Source: the human T2T-CHM13v2.0 reference genome, Homo sapiens. Taken from it: a stretch of DNA of 64,000 bases. How positions within the stretch are numbered: position 1 is the stretch's first letter; every line of letters starts with the position of its first letter. The stretch lies in assembly GCF_009914755.1 (NCBI RefSeq), contig NC_060944.1; one strand, given 5' to 3'. Under the pieces are notes generated by a model. It had not been told where the DNA came from. It searched no databases and saw only the letters and a list, made by a program, of their open reading frames with translations. This document shows, piece by piece, positions 1-33,443 of the stretch. The position numbers and the translations under genes were made by a program.

Positions 1-491
1 GTATTTGGAAGGTTTGGTAGTGGGGACCTTGAACGTCAGGCTAAGGAGTTTATTGGGAAGCCAGCGGTGCCAAGAAAGGCTCAAGGATACCATGAGGCTG
101 TCCCCACATAGGCTGTCCCCACATCTGGGGGCCAAATACCCATGCCCATGTGCAGGAGCCAATTGTGTCTCAGAGAAGACAGAGGCCCTGGCCTCCAGGA
201 TGTGAAGGCACTAGTGCCTACCCCTAGGGCTGATGTGACACCTGCACTCCCAGATCTCACCACCTCAGCCCCTTTGCCAGGTTGGACGCCTCCCTCAGCC
301 CCACTCCTCTAGTGTGTCTGCCCTGGTAGGGAGGAGGAGACGGCAATGGTATGAAGAGATCTGACCTGCCCCAGGAAGTTTCCATCTCTAGGCCACCTGT
401 CCTGTCCTGTCCCGGTGAAATCTAGCCAAGGGCATTCATCTACCCCGATCATGCTATGGGTTCTGCGGCAGGCCAGGAAACCTGCCATTAG

Positions 492-5806
<5,315 letters not shown>

Positions 5807-6087
5807 TAAAAGATGCTTCTGGAGTAGGAGGCATTGGGCCTGGCTGGAAGGTTTGCGTCTGCAAAGGCCTGAAGAGAACATCCCAGGTGGGAGAAACAGC
5901 AAGGAGGGGAGGTGTGGAGGAGGCAGGGAGACCCTGTTCTTGGGACTACTGTCTGCAGAGGGTCTCCAGAGGCAGGACCCCGGTAGGGACACTGATGCAG
6001 GAGGCGCTCTGCAGTGCCTCCCCCCAATCTGTGGGCCGGGGTGCCCCCAGGGACGCAGGCTGTGCGCTCCCACGCCCTGCCGAAGCA

Positions 6088-6100
6088 GGACGTTCCCACG
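6088..6100 (+). promoter_or_regulatory. COX4I2: Oxygen-responsive element (ORE) GGACGTTCCCACG, containing an RBPJ site
   Basis: Exact 13-mer GGACGTTCCCACG, the described COX4I2 ORE (bound by RBPJ/CHCHD2/CXXC5). TTCCCACG is the reverse complement of the RBPJ consensus CGTGGGAA. Confidence 0.9.
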
Positions 6101-6151
6101 CTGGGGCGGCCCCGAGAAAGGCTGTGGGGCGGGCCGGGGGCGGGCGCCCGC

Positions 6152-6229
6152 ACTCAGGTCCCTCCGCAGCGGGTTCTCAGTTGCTCGCTGGGCAGACCCA
6201 GGTCGCGCTCCCACTGCCGAGCCCGCGAG
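6152..6229 (+). other. COX4I2: COX4I2 exon 1 (non-coding 5'UTR; start approximate)
   Basis: Ends at the strong donor GAG|GTGAGT (6229/6230) and contains no ATG. The TSS is inferred from the GC boxes. Confidence 0.8.
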
Positions 6230-6783
6230 GTGAGTGAGTTGGGGGAGGACCCCGCCACCCAAGCCCGCGCGGGTCAGGGGCGCGGCTCGGTCTCCTGCCT
6301 TCGCCGCTGGGTCACGCCCCAGTGGTCCCTGTCTTAGAGGGTTGGGGGGCTTCTTGTAGGTTAGAGTTGAAGACTCCTGGGGAGTCTGCATATGTGTGCC
6401 ATCTCTTTCCCCAAATATAGATTACATCCTCCCTCTCTTGATATGTGGAGCTCTCCCACCCACTAATCATAATCACTGGCCGGAGCCCCTCTTTTCCAGA
6501 AGTGTGGGCCGCCCCCTCCCACTTATCACCTGTAGTGTGCCCCCTCCCTCACTCTATTTGTTGGGTGCCCCTCTCTCTCCCTAGATGTGGGACTCCCCTT
6601 CTTTTCCCCAGATGTGTGTCTCCCTCCCTCTGACCCAGTTAAGTCCCCATCCTCTAAAGCCCCTCCCCACCACCATGGATGCCAAACCCTGAGTCTTCCC
6701 TGGGGGTGGGAGACTGGGCTCAGCCAGACTGGCTAAGCCCAGTCCCCCACCCCCAACCAGATCCAGCAGAGCAGGCCTGTGTG

Positions 6784-6789
6784 CACGTA
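6784..6789 (-). promoter_or_regulatory. COX4I2: Candidate hypoxia response element (TACGTG) in COX4I2 intron 1
   Basis: Minus strand reads TACGTGCACACAG, a HIF core plus a CACAG ancillary motif. COX4I2 is a known hypoxia-inducible isoform. Confidence 0.55.
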
Positions 6790-7286
6790 GGCAGCCAATT
6801 AGGGGGGAAGGGGTGGGGGCCAGACCGTCTGTCTGTTCTGCCGGTGCAGGGGCCTCTGGCCCCTGCAGGGAAGAGAGACTCAAGAACTGCTCCCTCTCCA
6901 CCTGGACCCCACCCAGCTTCCTCTGGGGAGCAAACAAGTGAGCGGGGTTCTCCAATCTGGCCAGACTGAGCTGGGGCTGGCACCAGAACCCAAGCCCTCA
7001 GCCTCAAACTCTTCAGACCCTGGCCCAAGACTTAGGCCTCCTCCCACTTCTCAGATGGTGAATTGAGGTCCCAAAAAGGGGCTTCAAAGGTCTAGGACCC
7101 CCATTGGCCCCCCGCTGGGGATATCAGACAAAATTAGAAGGGTCAAGGGCATGAGGGTGACCTTGAAACACTGGGACACCCCTACCACTACCATACCAGT
7201 GGAAAAGGATTTTTCCATCTGGCCCTGCGGTTTGGGGGCAGAGGGTGATGTGGGGGCAGAACTCATCTATACCTTCACGCCCCCAG

Positions 7287-7368
7287 ATGCTCCCCAGAGC
7301 TGCCTGGAGCTTGGTGCTGAGGAAAGGTGGAGGTGGAAGACGAGGGATGCACAGCTCAGAAGGCACCA
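7287..7368 (+). CDS. COX4I2: Cytochrome c oxidase subunit 4 isoform 2, exon 2 (mitochondrial targeting sequence)
   Basis: ccccag|ATG start; encodes MLPRAAWSLVLRKGGGGRRGMHSSEGT; donor A|gtgaga; 82 nt. Confidence 0.97.
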
Positions 7369-8201
7369 GTGAGACCTGGACTCCTTCCTCCCTGCCTAAC
7401 TCCAGAGATAGGGGCAGGGGTCCCCTCTGCAGGCTGCCCCCTTTGCCCTTCCATGCCACCCTGGGCCTGTTCCTACCACACTTCCCATGTTCCCATGATC
7501 CCACTCCTTGGTCCAAGGTCAAGTTTCTCCAGGAAATGGAGTGCGCGGGGTGAGCAGACAGTGGTCATCTCCATTCCAAGCTTCCTTAGGAGCCAGCCCC
7601 CAAGCCTCAGGCCCCTAGACCTTTTGTTCTGAGGTGGAGGATGCTGACAGAACCTTGGACCCTGATTCCTCCTTTCCAGACCCTAGTTTCAATGCTAGTA
7701 AGAAGAAAGAGACCTAAAGTAGGAGAGACTTCAGCCAGATAGCAGAAGGGCCTTGCTGACCCATGGAGAATAACAAAGATAACATTTATTGAGCCCTTAC
7801 TAGTACCCCAAGCTATTATAAACCTCCTTTTTTTTTTTTTTTGAGATAGAGTCTTGCTCTGTCGCTCAGGCTAGAGTGTTCAGTGGCGCAATGTCGGCTC
7901 ACTGCAACCTCCGCCTCCTGGGTTCAAACAATTCTCCTGACTCAGCCTCCCGAGTAGCTGGGATTATAGGTGCCCACCACTGCGCCCGGCTAATTTTTGT
8001 ATTTTTAGTAGAGGAGAGGTTTTACTGTCTTGGCCAGGCTGGTCTCGAACTCCTGACCTCGTGATCCACCCGCCTCAGCCTCCCAAAATGCTAGGATTAC
8101 AGGCATGAGCCACCAAGCCCGGCCACCTTCTTTATTAATATAGTTAGAGATAGGGTGTCCCAAGGGCAGCCTGGACTCAGCTCCCTCCATTGTGTCTGCA
8201 G

Positions 8202-8366
8202 CCCGTGGTGGGGGGAAGATGTCCCCCTACACCAACTGCTATGCCCAGCGCTACTACCCCATGCCAGAAGAGCCCTTCTGCACAGAACTCAACGCTGAGG
8301 AGCAGGCCCTGAAGGAGAAGGAGAAGGGAAGCTGGACCCAGCTGACCCACGCCGAAAAGGTGGCCT
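8202..8366 (+). CDS. COX4I2: COX4I2 exon 3
   Basis: tctgcag| acceptor; encodes [54 protein letters not shown]; |gtaagt donor; 165 nt with phase preserved. Confidence 0.98.
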
Positions 8367-9220
8367 GTAAGTGTCAGGGTGGGGCTGGCTGGAGAGAGTG
8401 GGTTGGGGGCTGACTTTGGAAAGAATGGCCTGTCAGGGATCAGAGGGCAGAGAGAGGCCCCCAAGACAGCCAGAAACCTCCAAACACCTGAGGGGTGAAG
8501 TTCATGCCTTTGTTCGTTTCTTTATTCACTCACCTGTTTGTGCATAGCCTGATGCTAGGCAATGCTGGGGACATGAGGTGAATCACCTGGATAGTTCCTG
8601 CCCCCATGGTGCCCCCGGTCCCGTGGGGAAAACCAATACAGACTCCAATAATTGTAATACAGAACATGTGGCTAGGGTGAGGTGTGTTCAAGGACTGTGA
8701 GATGAAATCTTGGTGGACCTCCCAGAGGAGGGCACATTCCAGCTGGCCTTTAAGGGTGAAGAGGAGGGCACTGCCAGGGAGTGGGAACTGCATGGGGAAG
8801 GGTGTCAGAGCAGGAGACTGTGGAGGGCCCTGGAATTGAGTGATGTGGGGGAGATGGGACAGAGAGAGGCAGGTGAGGCGGTTGGGGAGGAGCCCTCTGA
8901 CCCTGGGAGGCTGGAGGGATGTGTGGTCCCTTGTCATGTCCACCAGAGCATCCCTGAGCTGACCCTTTGAAATTTGGAGCACCTTATTTTCATTCCATGA
9001 ATGGGAACACTCAGCCTGACCTCCAAGATTTCAAGGGATTCCTAGTGGGGAAAGGTTCATGCTTCTCACATTCATTCATTCAGTCAACATCTTATTTGGC
9101 ACCTACTACAATACCATGCACTGGGAATGCAGCTGTGAGCCAGCCAGGCTCCGTTCCTGCCTGTGAGCTTGCATTTCCAGCCCTCTCTCAGCACCTTTAC
9201 CCCTTCTCTCTCTCTCTCTT

Positions 9221-9222
<2 letters not shown>

Positions 9223-9266
<44 letters not shown>
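9223..9266. repeat. (CA)n microsatellite preceded by (CT)n
   Basis: About 22 CA units. Confidence 0.95.
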
Positions 9267-9267
<1 letters not shown>

Positions 9268-9307
9268 CTTGGTTTTTTCTTCATCCATTTCAGAAATTGA
9301 CACTCTT

Positions 9308-9464
9308 GGGGGGAGAGGGGAGGAATAGCATTAGGAGATATACCTAATTCTAAATGATGAGTTAATGGGTGTAGCACACCAACATGGCACATGTATACAT
9401 ATGTAACAAACCACATGTACCCTAAAACTTAAAGTATAATAATAATAAAATTTAAAAAAAAAAG
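9308..9464 (+). mobile_element. 5'-truncated young L1PA 3' end with 16-bp target-site duplication (TSD)
   Basis: L1 3'UTR sequence (gcattaggagatatacctaat...cctaaaacttaaagtataataa) plus A tail. TSD AGAAATTGACACTCTT at 9292-9307 and 9465-9480. Confidence 0.93.
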
Positions 9465-9972
9465 AGAAATTGACACTCTTTATCTGAGCATGGTGGCACA
9501 TGCCTGTCGTCCCAGCTATTTGGGAGGCTGAGGCAGGAGGATCACTTGAGCCCAGGGGAGCTGAGGCTAGAGTGAGCTGTGATTGTGCTACGGCATTGCA
9601 CTCCAGCCTGGGTAACAAAGTGAGACCCTGTCTGAAAAAAAAAAAAAAAAAGAGAGAGAGAGAAAGAAATGATGGACATTCCCCAAGCAAGATGATAATG
9701 AGCACCATCCCTAATATGTCCTGCACGCTTACATGTAGCAGGCACCGCTGTGGCGTTAGGTTGCTCTCGTTAGCTCACATTTGAGAGACTGAGGCTCAGT
9801 GGCGTGCAGTCACTTACAGTGGTTGCACAGCTAGAGAGTGGTGGAGGCAAGATTTGAAACCACATAGACAGGCACCAGGGGTTTCACCCTTAGCTGCTAC
9901 ACCACATTAGCTACAATGAAGGTTTGGTGGGATGCTTGGGGAGTTTCAGTGTAACCTCACAGCTCAAACAAC

Positions 9973-11150
<1,178 letters not shown>

Positions 11151-11673
11151 CCCCTCCCTAATTCTGTTAGAATGAAATCCAAACTCTTCTCCATGGATTC
11201 TAACAAGGTCCTGTGTGAACCGGCTCTGCCTCTCATTTGAGAGAGCCAGCCTCTCATTTGCTAAATTCTCTCTCTTTTGCTCATTTCACTCCAGCTACAG
11301 TGGTCCTCACTTCACACTTTCCCTACCCACTTCCTGCTTCAGGGTTTTTGCACTTCCTTCCAGTTTTCACCAACTTTCTCCCATTGATTTTTCAAACCTC
11401 AGCTCCAATGTCACCTCCTCTGAGACACCTTCCCTGGCCAGCCAACTGTTTGCCTGAAGCATTTGCCATTGTCTCCCCCTCTAAACTCCACAAGGGCAGG
11501 GATTTTCATCTGGCTCATTCACTGCTGTCACCTGTTCCTGGTCATGCTGTGCATATAGTACGTGCTCAGTAAGAATTTGCTGAATGAACAGCATCTGCTG
11601 CAGGGAGGGGGAAGCCGGGATCACTTAGAGTGGACGCACCTGAGGCCCCTTCCCCACACCCAACTGCCTCCAG

Positions 11674-11805
11674 TGTACCGGCTCCAGTTCAATGAGACCT
11701 TTGCGGAGATGAACCGTCGCTCCAATGAGTGGAAGACAGTGATGGGTTGTGTCTTCTTCTTCATTGGATTCGCAGCTCTGGTGATTTGGTGGCAGCGGGT
11801 CTACG
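11674..11805 (+). CDS. COX4I2: COX4I2 exon 4 (transmembrane helix)
   Basis: ctccag| acceptor; encodes [43 protein letters not shown]; |gtgagt donor; 132 nt. Confidence 0.98.
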
Positions 11806-12111
11806 GTGAGTGGCAACACCTCATCTGGCTGCAGTCCTGGGCCATGCCCTTGTGGTCACGGCCACCAGACAGTTTCTTAAAGGAACCATGCTGGCACTCA
11901 TCTGAAGAGCTGAAAATTTCTGAAGAGGTGTAGGGTGAAGGACAGAGCATGGCTGTCTAGGTTTGAATGCAGGAACTTTACCTCTCTGGGCCTCAGTTTC
12001 GTCATCTCTAAAATGGGAATAGTAATGTTCCATCTCAGGGTACTTAAGAGGATTTTAATGAGAGAGGGCTGTAGGCCAGTGTTTGGCTCATAGTCATGAA
12101 TGGTGTTGTAA

Positions 12112-12402
<291 letters not shown>

Positions 12403-13037
12403 TGAACACTCTTACCTACTTCCTACTTTCAACCCTCTTAGAAAGTAAAAGGAATTATTTCATCCTGGACCCTGCCCAGCAAGTGGGAACAAACTCAGTA
12501 ATTATATAATTATAGTAGGTAACATGTATCAGGTGCTTAATATTTGTCTAACATTGTGCCAACAGCTTTGGAAATACTCAGTCCCCACAATCCTAGTGGA
12601 TAGGACCTCTTTTGACAGGTAAGGAAACTGAGGCTCAGAGAGATGAAGTGACTTGTTGAAGGTCGCAGGGCAAGGGAGTGGTAGAGCCAGGATTTGGATT
12701 CAGGCAGTCTTCAAATCAGTGATCTTATTACCACAGACCACAGAGGTAGGTGAGGTGACTGAGTTGTGAAGGACCTTGGCCCAGCTCCCACAGTCCTTGG
12801 GGTCTAAGGCAAAGCTGGGGTCAGAACCCAGAGGTGCCTGGGACGATGCTCTAGGAGAAAGTCTGGGGTGCGGGGCTAGACAGGGTGGAGTGAGCTCCTC
12901 AGTGCAAGATACTTCAACCCTGGAGTATCTTGTACCGTCAGCCTTGCGAGTGGCTGGGAGGCTACAGGGTGGCTGGAGACCCTGGCTGGTGTAGGAAGAC
13001 TGGCAGGATCCTGATCCACCCCATGTACTCCCTGCAG

Positions 13038-13174
13038 TATTTCCTCCAAAGCCGATCACCTTGACGGACGAGCGGAAAGCCCAGCAGCTGCAGCGCATGC
13101 TGGACATGAAGGTGAATCCTGTGCAGGGCCTGGCCTCCCGCTGGGACTATGAGAAGAAGCAGTGGAAGAAGTGA
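13038..13174 (+). CDS. COX4I2: COX4I2 exon 5, coding part
   Basis: cctgcag| acceptor; encodes FPPKPITLTDERKAQQLQRMLDMKVNPVQGLASRWDYEKKQWKK then TGA. Exon sum 82+165+132+137=516 nt, i.e. 171 aa plus stop. Confidence 0.98.
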
Positions 13175-13256
13175 CTTGCATCCCCAGCTGTCTCCCTGAG
13201 GCTCCGCCCTGGCTGGGAGCCTCTGGCGGCCCCTCCCCTCCCCTGCCCTTAACCCC

Positions 13257-13262
13257 AGTAAA
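13257..13262 (+). terminator. COX4I2: COX4I2 poly(A) signal, variant AGTAAA
   Basis: AGTAAA lies ~80 nt after the stop codon, preceded by a C-rich tract and followed by an A-run and T-rich sequence. Confidence 0.75.
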
Positions 13263-13509
13263 GCTCCAAAAAAAAATTTATTCTCTTCTGCCTCTCACCA
13301 CCACTTCAGACTTTACTTGGCACCTAAAATTAGGCAGGTGAGGGGCAAGAAGGGCTCAGAACTCATCTAGTCAATGAGGGCTTCCTGGAGGAGTGGGGGC
13401 TACAGCCAAGGCTTAGGTGGGATTAGGAAAGGCAAGAAGAAGGGAAGGCATTCGGGGTGGAGCAAGTGGCTTAATCAAAGGTGAGAACACTCTTTTATTC
13501 AGCTAATTA

Positions 13510-15180
<1,671 letters not shown>

Positions 15181-15882
15181 GCACAGAGACCTTTAAAAGG
15201 TACCCAAGGAGAGTCCCCAAGGAAAGATAAACTTGATAAACTTGGAAGGGGGTGCCCTCCCCAAGTGAGGCTCAGACCTCACTGGAGAAGGTGTGGTTGG
15301 TTGCAGCCCACTGGATGGCGAGAAGTTGGGTGGCTTGCCTACGGCCAAAGCTGGTCCATAGTCCCCTGCGTAAGCAGGAATAACCCTCAGAGGGCTAAGG
15401 GAGCTGAGACTGGTGGGCGGGTGGAATTGGGGCACATTTGCAGATGTGAGGCCTAAAGCTTGAGGCATCTGCATCAGGAGGATTGCTGGAAGATGGTCCC
15501 CGGGCCTGAAGCCTGCAATGTTGCTATAGGCTATGCACACTGGGCTCATGGCTGGGGCAGATCACCACTAAATGTCCTCACCACACTGCTAAGCAACCAA
15601 AAAACAGGAGCAAGAACAGCGCGTGCACACACACACACACAAACCTCCTCTCCTCCTGAAAGTCTCTTCTAGCACTGACTACTTGCAAAGCTCAGCATCT
15701 CACTGTCAAGGAGTTCAGTTCATCTCCAGTGTGCAGAGCAGAGTGCATTTGGAGCTGAGCAGTAATACATTGATAACTGGCCCAGCATCTTTCAGAAAGT
15801 CTTGGCTAGGCCAGTGGGAAGTCCCAGAGCAGTAATGCCCGCTAGAGGAGTCCTGTATTGGGCAAAATTAATGCATCCCTAG

Positions 15883-17058
<1,176 letters not shown>

Positions 17059-17323
17059 CCTAGTAACTCCATTGTGCTCAGTCCCTGGTTGGGAGCGGCC
17101 CAGAAAGATCATGGCCTCAGCATGAACACTACAGCAGGTCTGAAAGTGTGGCAGCTGGAGGTGGTCACACAACTACCCTCTTCATAGCAGGTTCTCTTGA
17201 AGAATCTGAGTAGCACGTCTCCATAGATGCCCTAGGTGCCAAAGGAAGAATTTAGCAAAGCAGTTGTGACAACAGTCATTCAACCAACAAATATTTATTG
17301 TGGATTTTAACTTAATCAGCTAT

Positions 17324-17354
<31 letters not shown>

Positions 17355-18249
17355 TGAGACAGAGTTTCTCTCTTGTCGTCCAGGCTGGAGTGCAGTGGTG
17401 CGATCTCGGCTCACTGCAAGCTCCGCCTCCCGGGTTCAAGGAGTTCTCCTTCGTTCAAGCAGTTCTCCTGCCTCAGCCTCCTGAGTAGCTGGGATTACAG
17501 GTGCTCACCACCACACCTGGCTAATTTTTTGTATGTTTAGTAGAGATGGGGTTTCACTATGTTGGCCAGGCTGGTCTTGAACTCCTGACCTCGTGATCCA
17601 CCCGCCTCGGCCTCCCAAAATGCTGGGATTACAGGCGTGAGCCACTGTGTCCGGCTTAATCACCTCTTTTAAAAGGTCTTATCTCCAAATGCAGTCCCAT
17701 TCTGAGGTGCTGGGGGTTAGAACATCCACATATGAATTTGGGGGAGACACAATTGAGACCACAATAGTTGGGCTCAGGGCTAGGCACGGTGGCTCACGGC
17801 TGTAATCCCAGGATTTGGGAGGCTGAGCAGGGCAGATCACTTGAGGCCAGGAGTTCTAGACCAGCCCGGCCAACATGGAGAAACCCCATCTCTACTAAAA
17901 ATACAAAAATTAGCTGGATGTGTTGGTGCACGCTTGTAATCCCAGCTACTTGGGAGGCTGAGACACAAGAATCGATTGAACCCAGAGGTGAATGTTGCAG
18001 TAAACCGAGATTGTGCCACTCCACTCCAGCCTGGGCAATAGAGCGAGACTCTGTTTCAGGAAAAAAAAAGTTGGACTGAAGGTTATTCTGTTTGTCTTTT
18101 TGTTCTGGGACCAGTGGACACCTAGGGCATGTTCTTCTCATGGCAGAAGTCTGAGACTTTGGCAGGGCAGAGGAATGGGTGGGGACACTCTTAAAGTCCA
18201 GGCCCAAAACAAGCACACACAAAACTGCACCACATTCCACTGGCCAAGG

Positions 18250-19410
<1,161 letters not shown>

Positions 19411-19424
19411 CTTCTTTTTTTTTT

Positions 19425-29640
<10,216 letters not shown>

Positions 29641-29973
29641 GCGAGTGAAGACATTTCTGGAAGCACATGGAGAATGTGAGGAAGGGACTTGAACGGCTAT
29701 GGCTAGGGGCAGGAGCTGAGGACACATCGTGGGGGAAGGCGTGAGTGGGAGGCTGGAGGCTTTGGTCTTGAACCAAACAAGATGGCGATTCTAAGCTCCA
29801 GAGAGCCCATACAAGCTCTGAATCCAGTACCTAAGGGTTGGAAGTGTAGCTGTTTTTCTGGTGAGTAGGGTAGAGGATGGAGGACATTGGGGAAAGTGGC
29901 CCCCCGGCGAGAGAGGTCGTGTGCACTGAGCGGGAGCAGCTTGAGCTGGGGCTGGCTCTCAGGTCGCATCCTG

Positions 29974-29992
29974 TGGCCACCAGGGGGCAGTG
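29974..29992 (+). promoter_or_regulatory. CTCF motif, near-consensus
   Basis: TGGCCACCAGGGGGCAGTG inside a CpG-rich patch, followed by tandem GC boxes (~30009-30036). Confidence 0.85.
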
Positions 29993-31061
29993 AAGCCCAC
30001 TCCGAAAAGCGGGCGGGGCGGGGCGGGGCGGGGCGCCTGGGGCATGTCCCACCTCCAGGCCTGCCCTCCAGCTGGAGCTCCTGACCGCTTTTCCCAGACC
30101 CCTCCTGGACCGCTGGACGCGGCCACGCGGGACTCCGAGAGTGCAGCACCTCCTCTCTTCTCCTGGAGAGCCCGGGGGAATGCCGAGTCCATCCCCGCGG
30201 TCACCCTCAACATCCAGTCCTCCTCCACTGCTTCTAGGTTATCTCATTCAATTGCCCATCACACCCATTTTGTAGAGGGGAAAGCTGGGGCACAGAGAGA
30301 GTAGGTAACTCACTCACTGGAAGCCACGGCTCGAGAAATGACGACCCGGGACACAAATCTGGCTGTCCATCCTCAAAACCGGAGCATTCATGAAACCATG
30401 GCTTCCTCACTGATCTCCTTGTTTCCACTCTGCTTCCCCCTCCGGAACCTTCTCCACCCATCAGCCAGAGTTTTGGGGGCTCTCGGGCTGTATCACTCCC
30501 TAACTTACCACCTTTCTCTGGCTGTCACTGCCCTCAGGATCAAGTTCAGTCCTCTCACCCCACCCTCTGTCATCATCTTAAACCCAGCAGCGCCCTCTCT
30601 CTTAGCTCTGGACACACCAGCTTTTCAGCCTGAAGACAATGCCTGCTCATCTGGTGCATTTACTGCTTCTTCCCCAGGCCCACTCTCCTGCCTCCCCACT
30701 TAATTTTAAGTTAACCGTGATGCACTCTTCAGGCCCTGGCTCTCATGTCAATTCCTCCAGGGAGCCCTCCCTGACTCCTGATTCCCAGACGAGCTCAGAT
30801 CGCACTTACTATGAGTCTCTTGGGTTGCACTGGCTTCAAACATGCACTTCATTTTTGTATCTATAATGGCATCACTATTCTAAAAATCTGTCATCCTTGA
30901 GTCTCTCTGAAGCTATCTCTACTCCATCTGAAATCCTGTGGGATGTGCCTTAAAAATCTGAAGTCTGACCCCTTCTTACCTCCTTCTCTACTAAGTCCTT
31001 CATGTCTTGGTAGAAGACCAAACCGCTTCCTCATGGTCGTTGCTTTTTCCTCCTTTGCCCT

Positions 31062-32105
<1,044 letters not shown>

Positions 32106-32734
32106 TGGCTAATTTAAAAATTTTTTTGTAGAGACAGGGTCTCACTTTGTTGCCCAGGCTGATCTTGAACTCCTGACCTTAAGCAACCCATCCCCCACCC
32201 GCAAAGTATTGAGATTACAGGGTGTGAACTGCCACTTTGTTTTTCTTTTGTTATAGGAATGTCAGTCACAGAACCTTCTGATGGGTGAGGAAAGGCATCA
32301 CACCTTTCCCCCACACCCTACAGCAGCTAGAGCCGTGCTTATGTCTGTCTCTTCCACTAGAATGAATGCTTGTAAAGGCAAAGGTTTTGTTTGAAGAAGT
32401 CCCCAGTGCCCAGGACTATGTCTGTGTAGAGCAGAGCTCAGTAAACACTTGCCAAGTGGCTGTGTCTCCCACTAGAATGTCAGCTCCTGAGGGCAGAGAC
32501 TGTGTCTGTCCTGTTCACATGCAGCCCCAGTGCCCAGCACACAGCATGTACCCAGTAAAACCCTGTCACCGTACAGGTGGATAAATTCAGGCCCAGAAGG
32601 AAGGAAGGACTTGTCCAAGGCCCTCCCCTGAGGGCAGCAGAGCCAGGACCAGTACCCAGCTCTCCAGCGGCCCCTCCTTTCCCCATCCCGGAGCACACAA
32701 GAGCCCAGGCTCTTTGTTCACTGAGTAAACACAG

Positions 32735-32740
32735 TTTATT
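32735..32740 (-). terminator. BCL2L1: BCL2L1 poly(A) signal AATAAA
   Basis: TTTATT on the + strand at the end of the unique 3'UTR sequence. Confidence 0.88.
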
Positions 32741-33255
32741 ACTGAACTGCACTTTCACCTTCACACAGACTATTTCAAAGAGCTGGAACAAGTGTGGGGT
32801 GGGGGTTGGGGGAGGGGCAGATGCCCCTCAGGAGCCAGGACCCTCGGCCAGCTTCCCTGGACCAGGGCAGGGGAGGGAGCATCAGGCCGTCCAATCTCCG
32901 GGCACCAGCTCTCCACGTGCACGCGCACTGCAAGCCAGCAGCTCCTCACACATAAATACAGACACGCTTAACAAAAATAGTATATCATCTTCACAAGGAA
33001 TAAAAACTAGTCTCAAATATGTACAGCAGAGAGCCCGGGGTGGCTGGGACCCCTGGGGATGAGACAGGCCAAGGGTGGAGCAGAAGAGAGAGGGAGGCCT
33101 GAAGAGCTCCTGGCCAGGCCACTCTGGCCTTGGCAGCCTGGCTGCCCAGGCTGGACAGGCATGGGGCACAGATCTGCCTGGCCAGGCAGGACTGGCCCTT
33201 CTAGTCAGCCCTACCCCACCCCATGCAGCAGGCTCTCCTTCCTGCCCTTCCTGCC

Positions 33256-33263
33256 TGAGGTAG
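33256..33263 (-). promoter_or_regulatory. BCL2L1: let-7 8mer target site in the BCL2L1 3'UTR
   Basis: + strand TGAGGTAG corresponds to mRNA CUACCUCA. Bcl-xL is a known let-7 target. Confidence 0.8.
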
Positions 33264-33436
33264 GGAAGACCCTGGGGCTCCCATAGCTGTTCCTGATAGC
33301 TCCCTTTCACCTCAGGGCTGAGTCCCCTGAACCCACCATGAGGAGCAGCCCAAGGCAAAGATGCCACAGGCTGCTCTTGTAGGAAGTGAGGCAGCTGAGG
33401 CCATAAACAGCTCTGGGGCATCTGTCTTGGGCCCAG

Positions 33437-33443
33437 TTGGTCC
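33437..33443 (-). promoter_or_regulatory. BCL2L1: miR-133 seed match (GGACCAA) in the BCL2L1 3'UTR
   Basis: + strand TTGGTCC. Confidence 0.55.

Larger units (their letters stand above)
6040..6320 (+). promoter_or_regulatory. COX4I2: COX4I2 CpG-rich, TATA-less promoter with tandem GC boxes
   Basis: CpG-dense stretch. GC boxes in GGGGCGGGCCGGGGGCGGGCG at ~6126-6146 lie directly upstream of exon 1. Confidence 0.9.
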
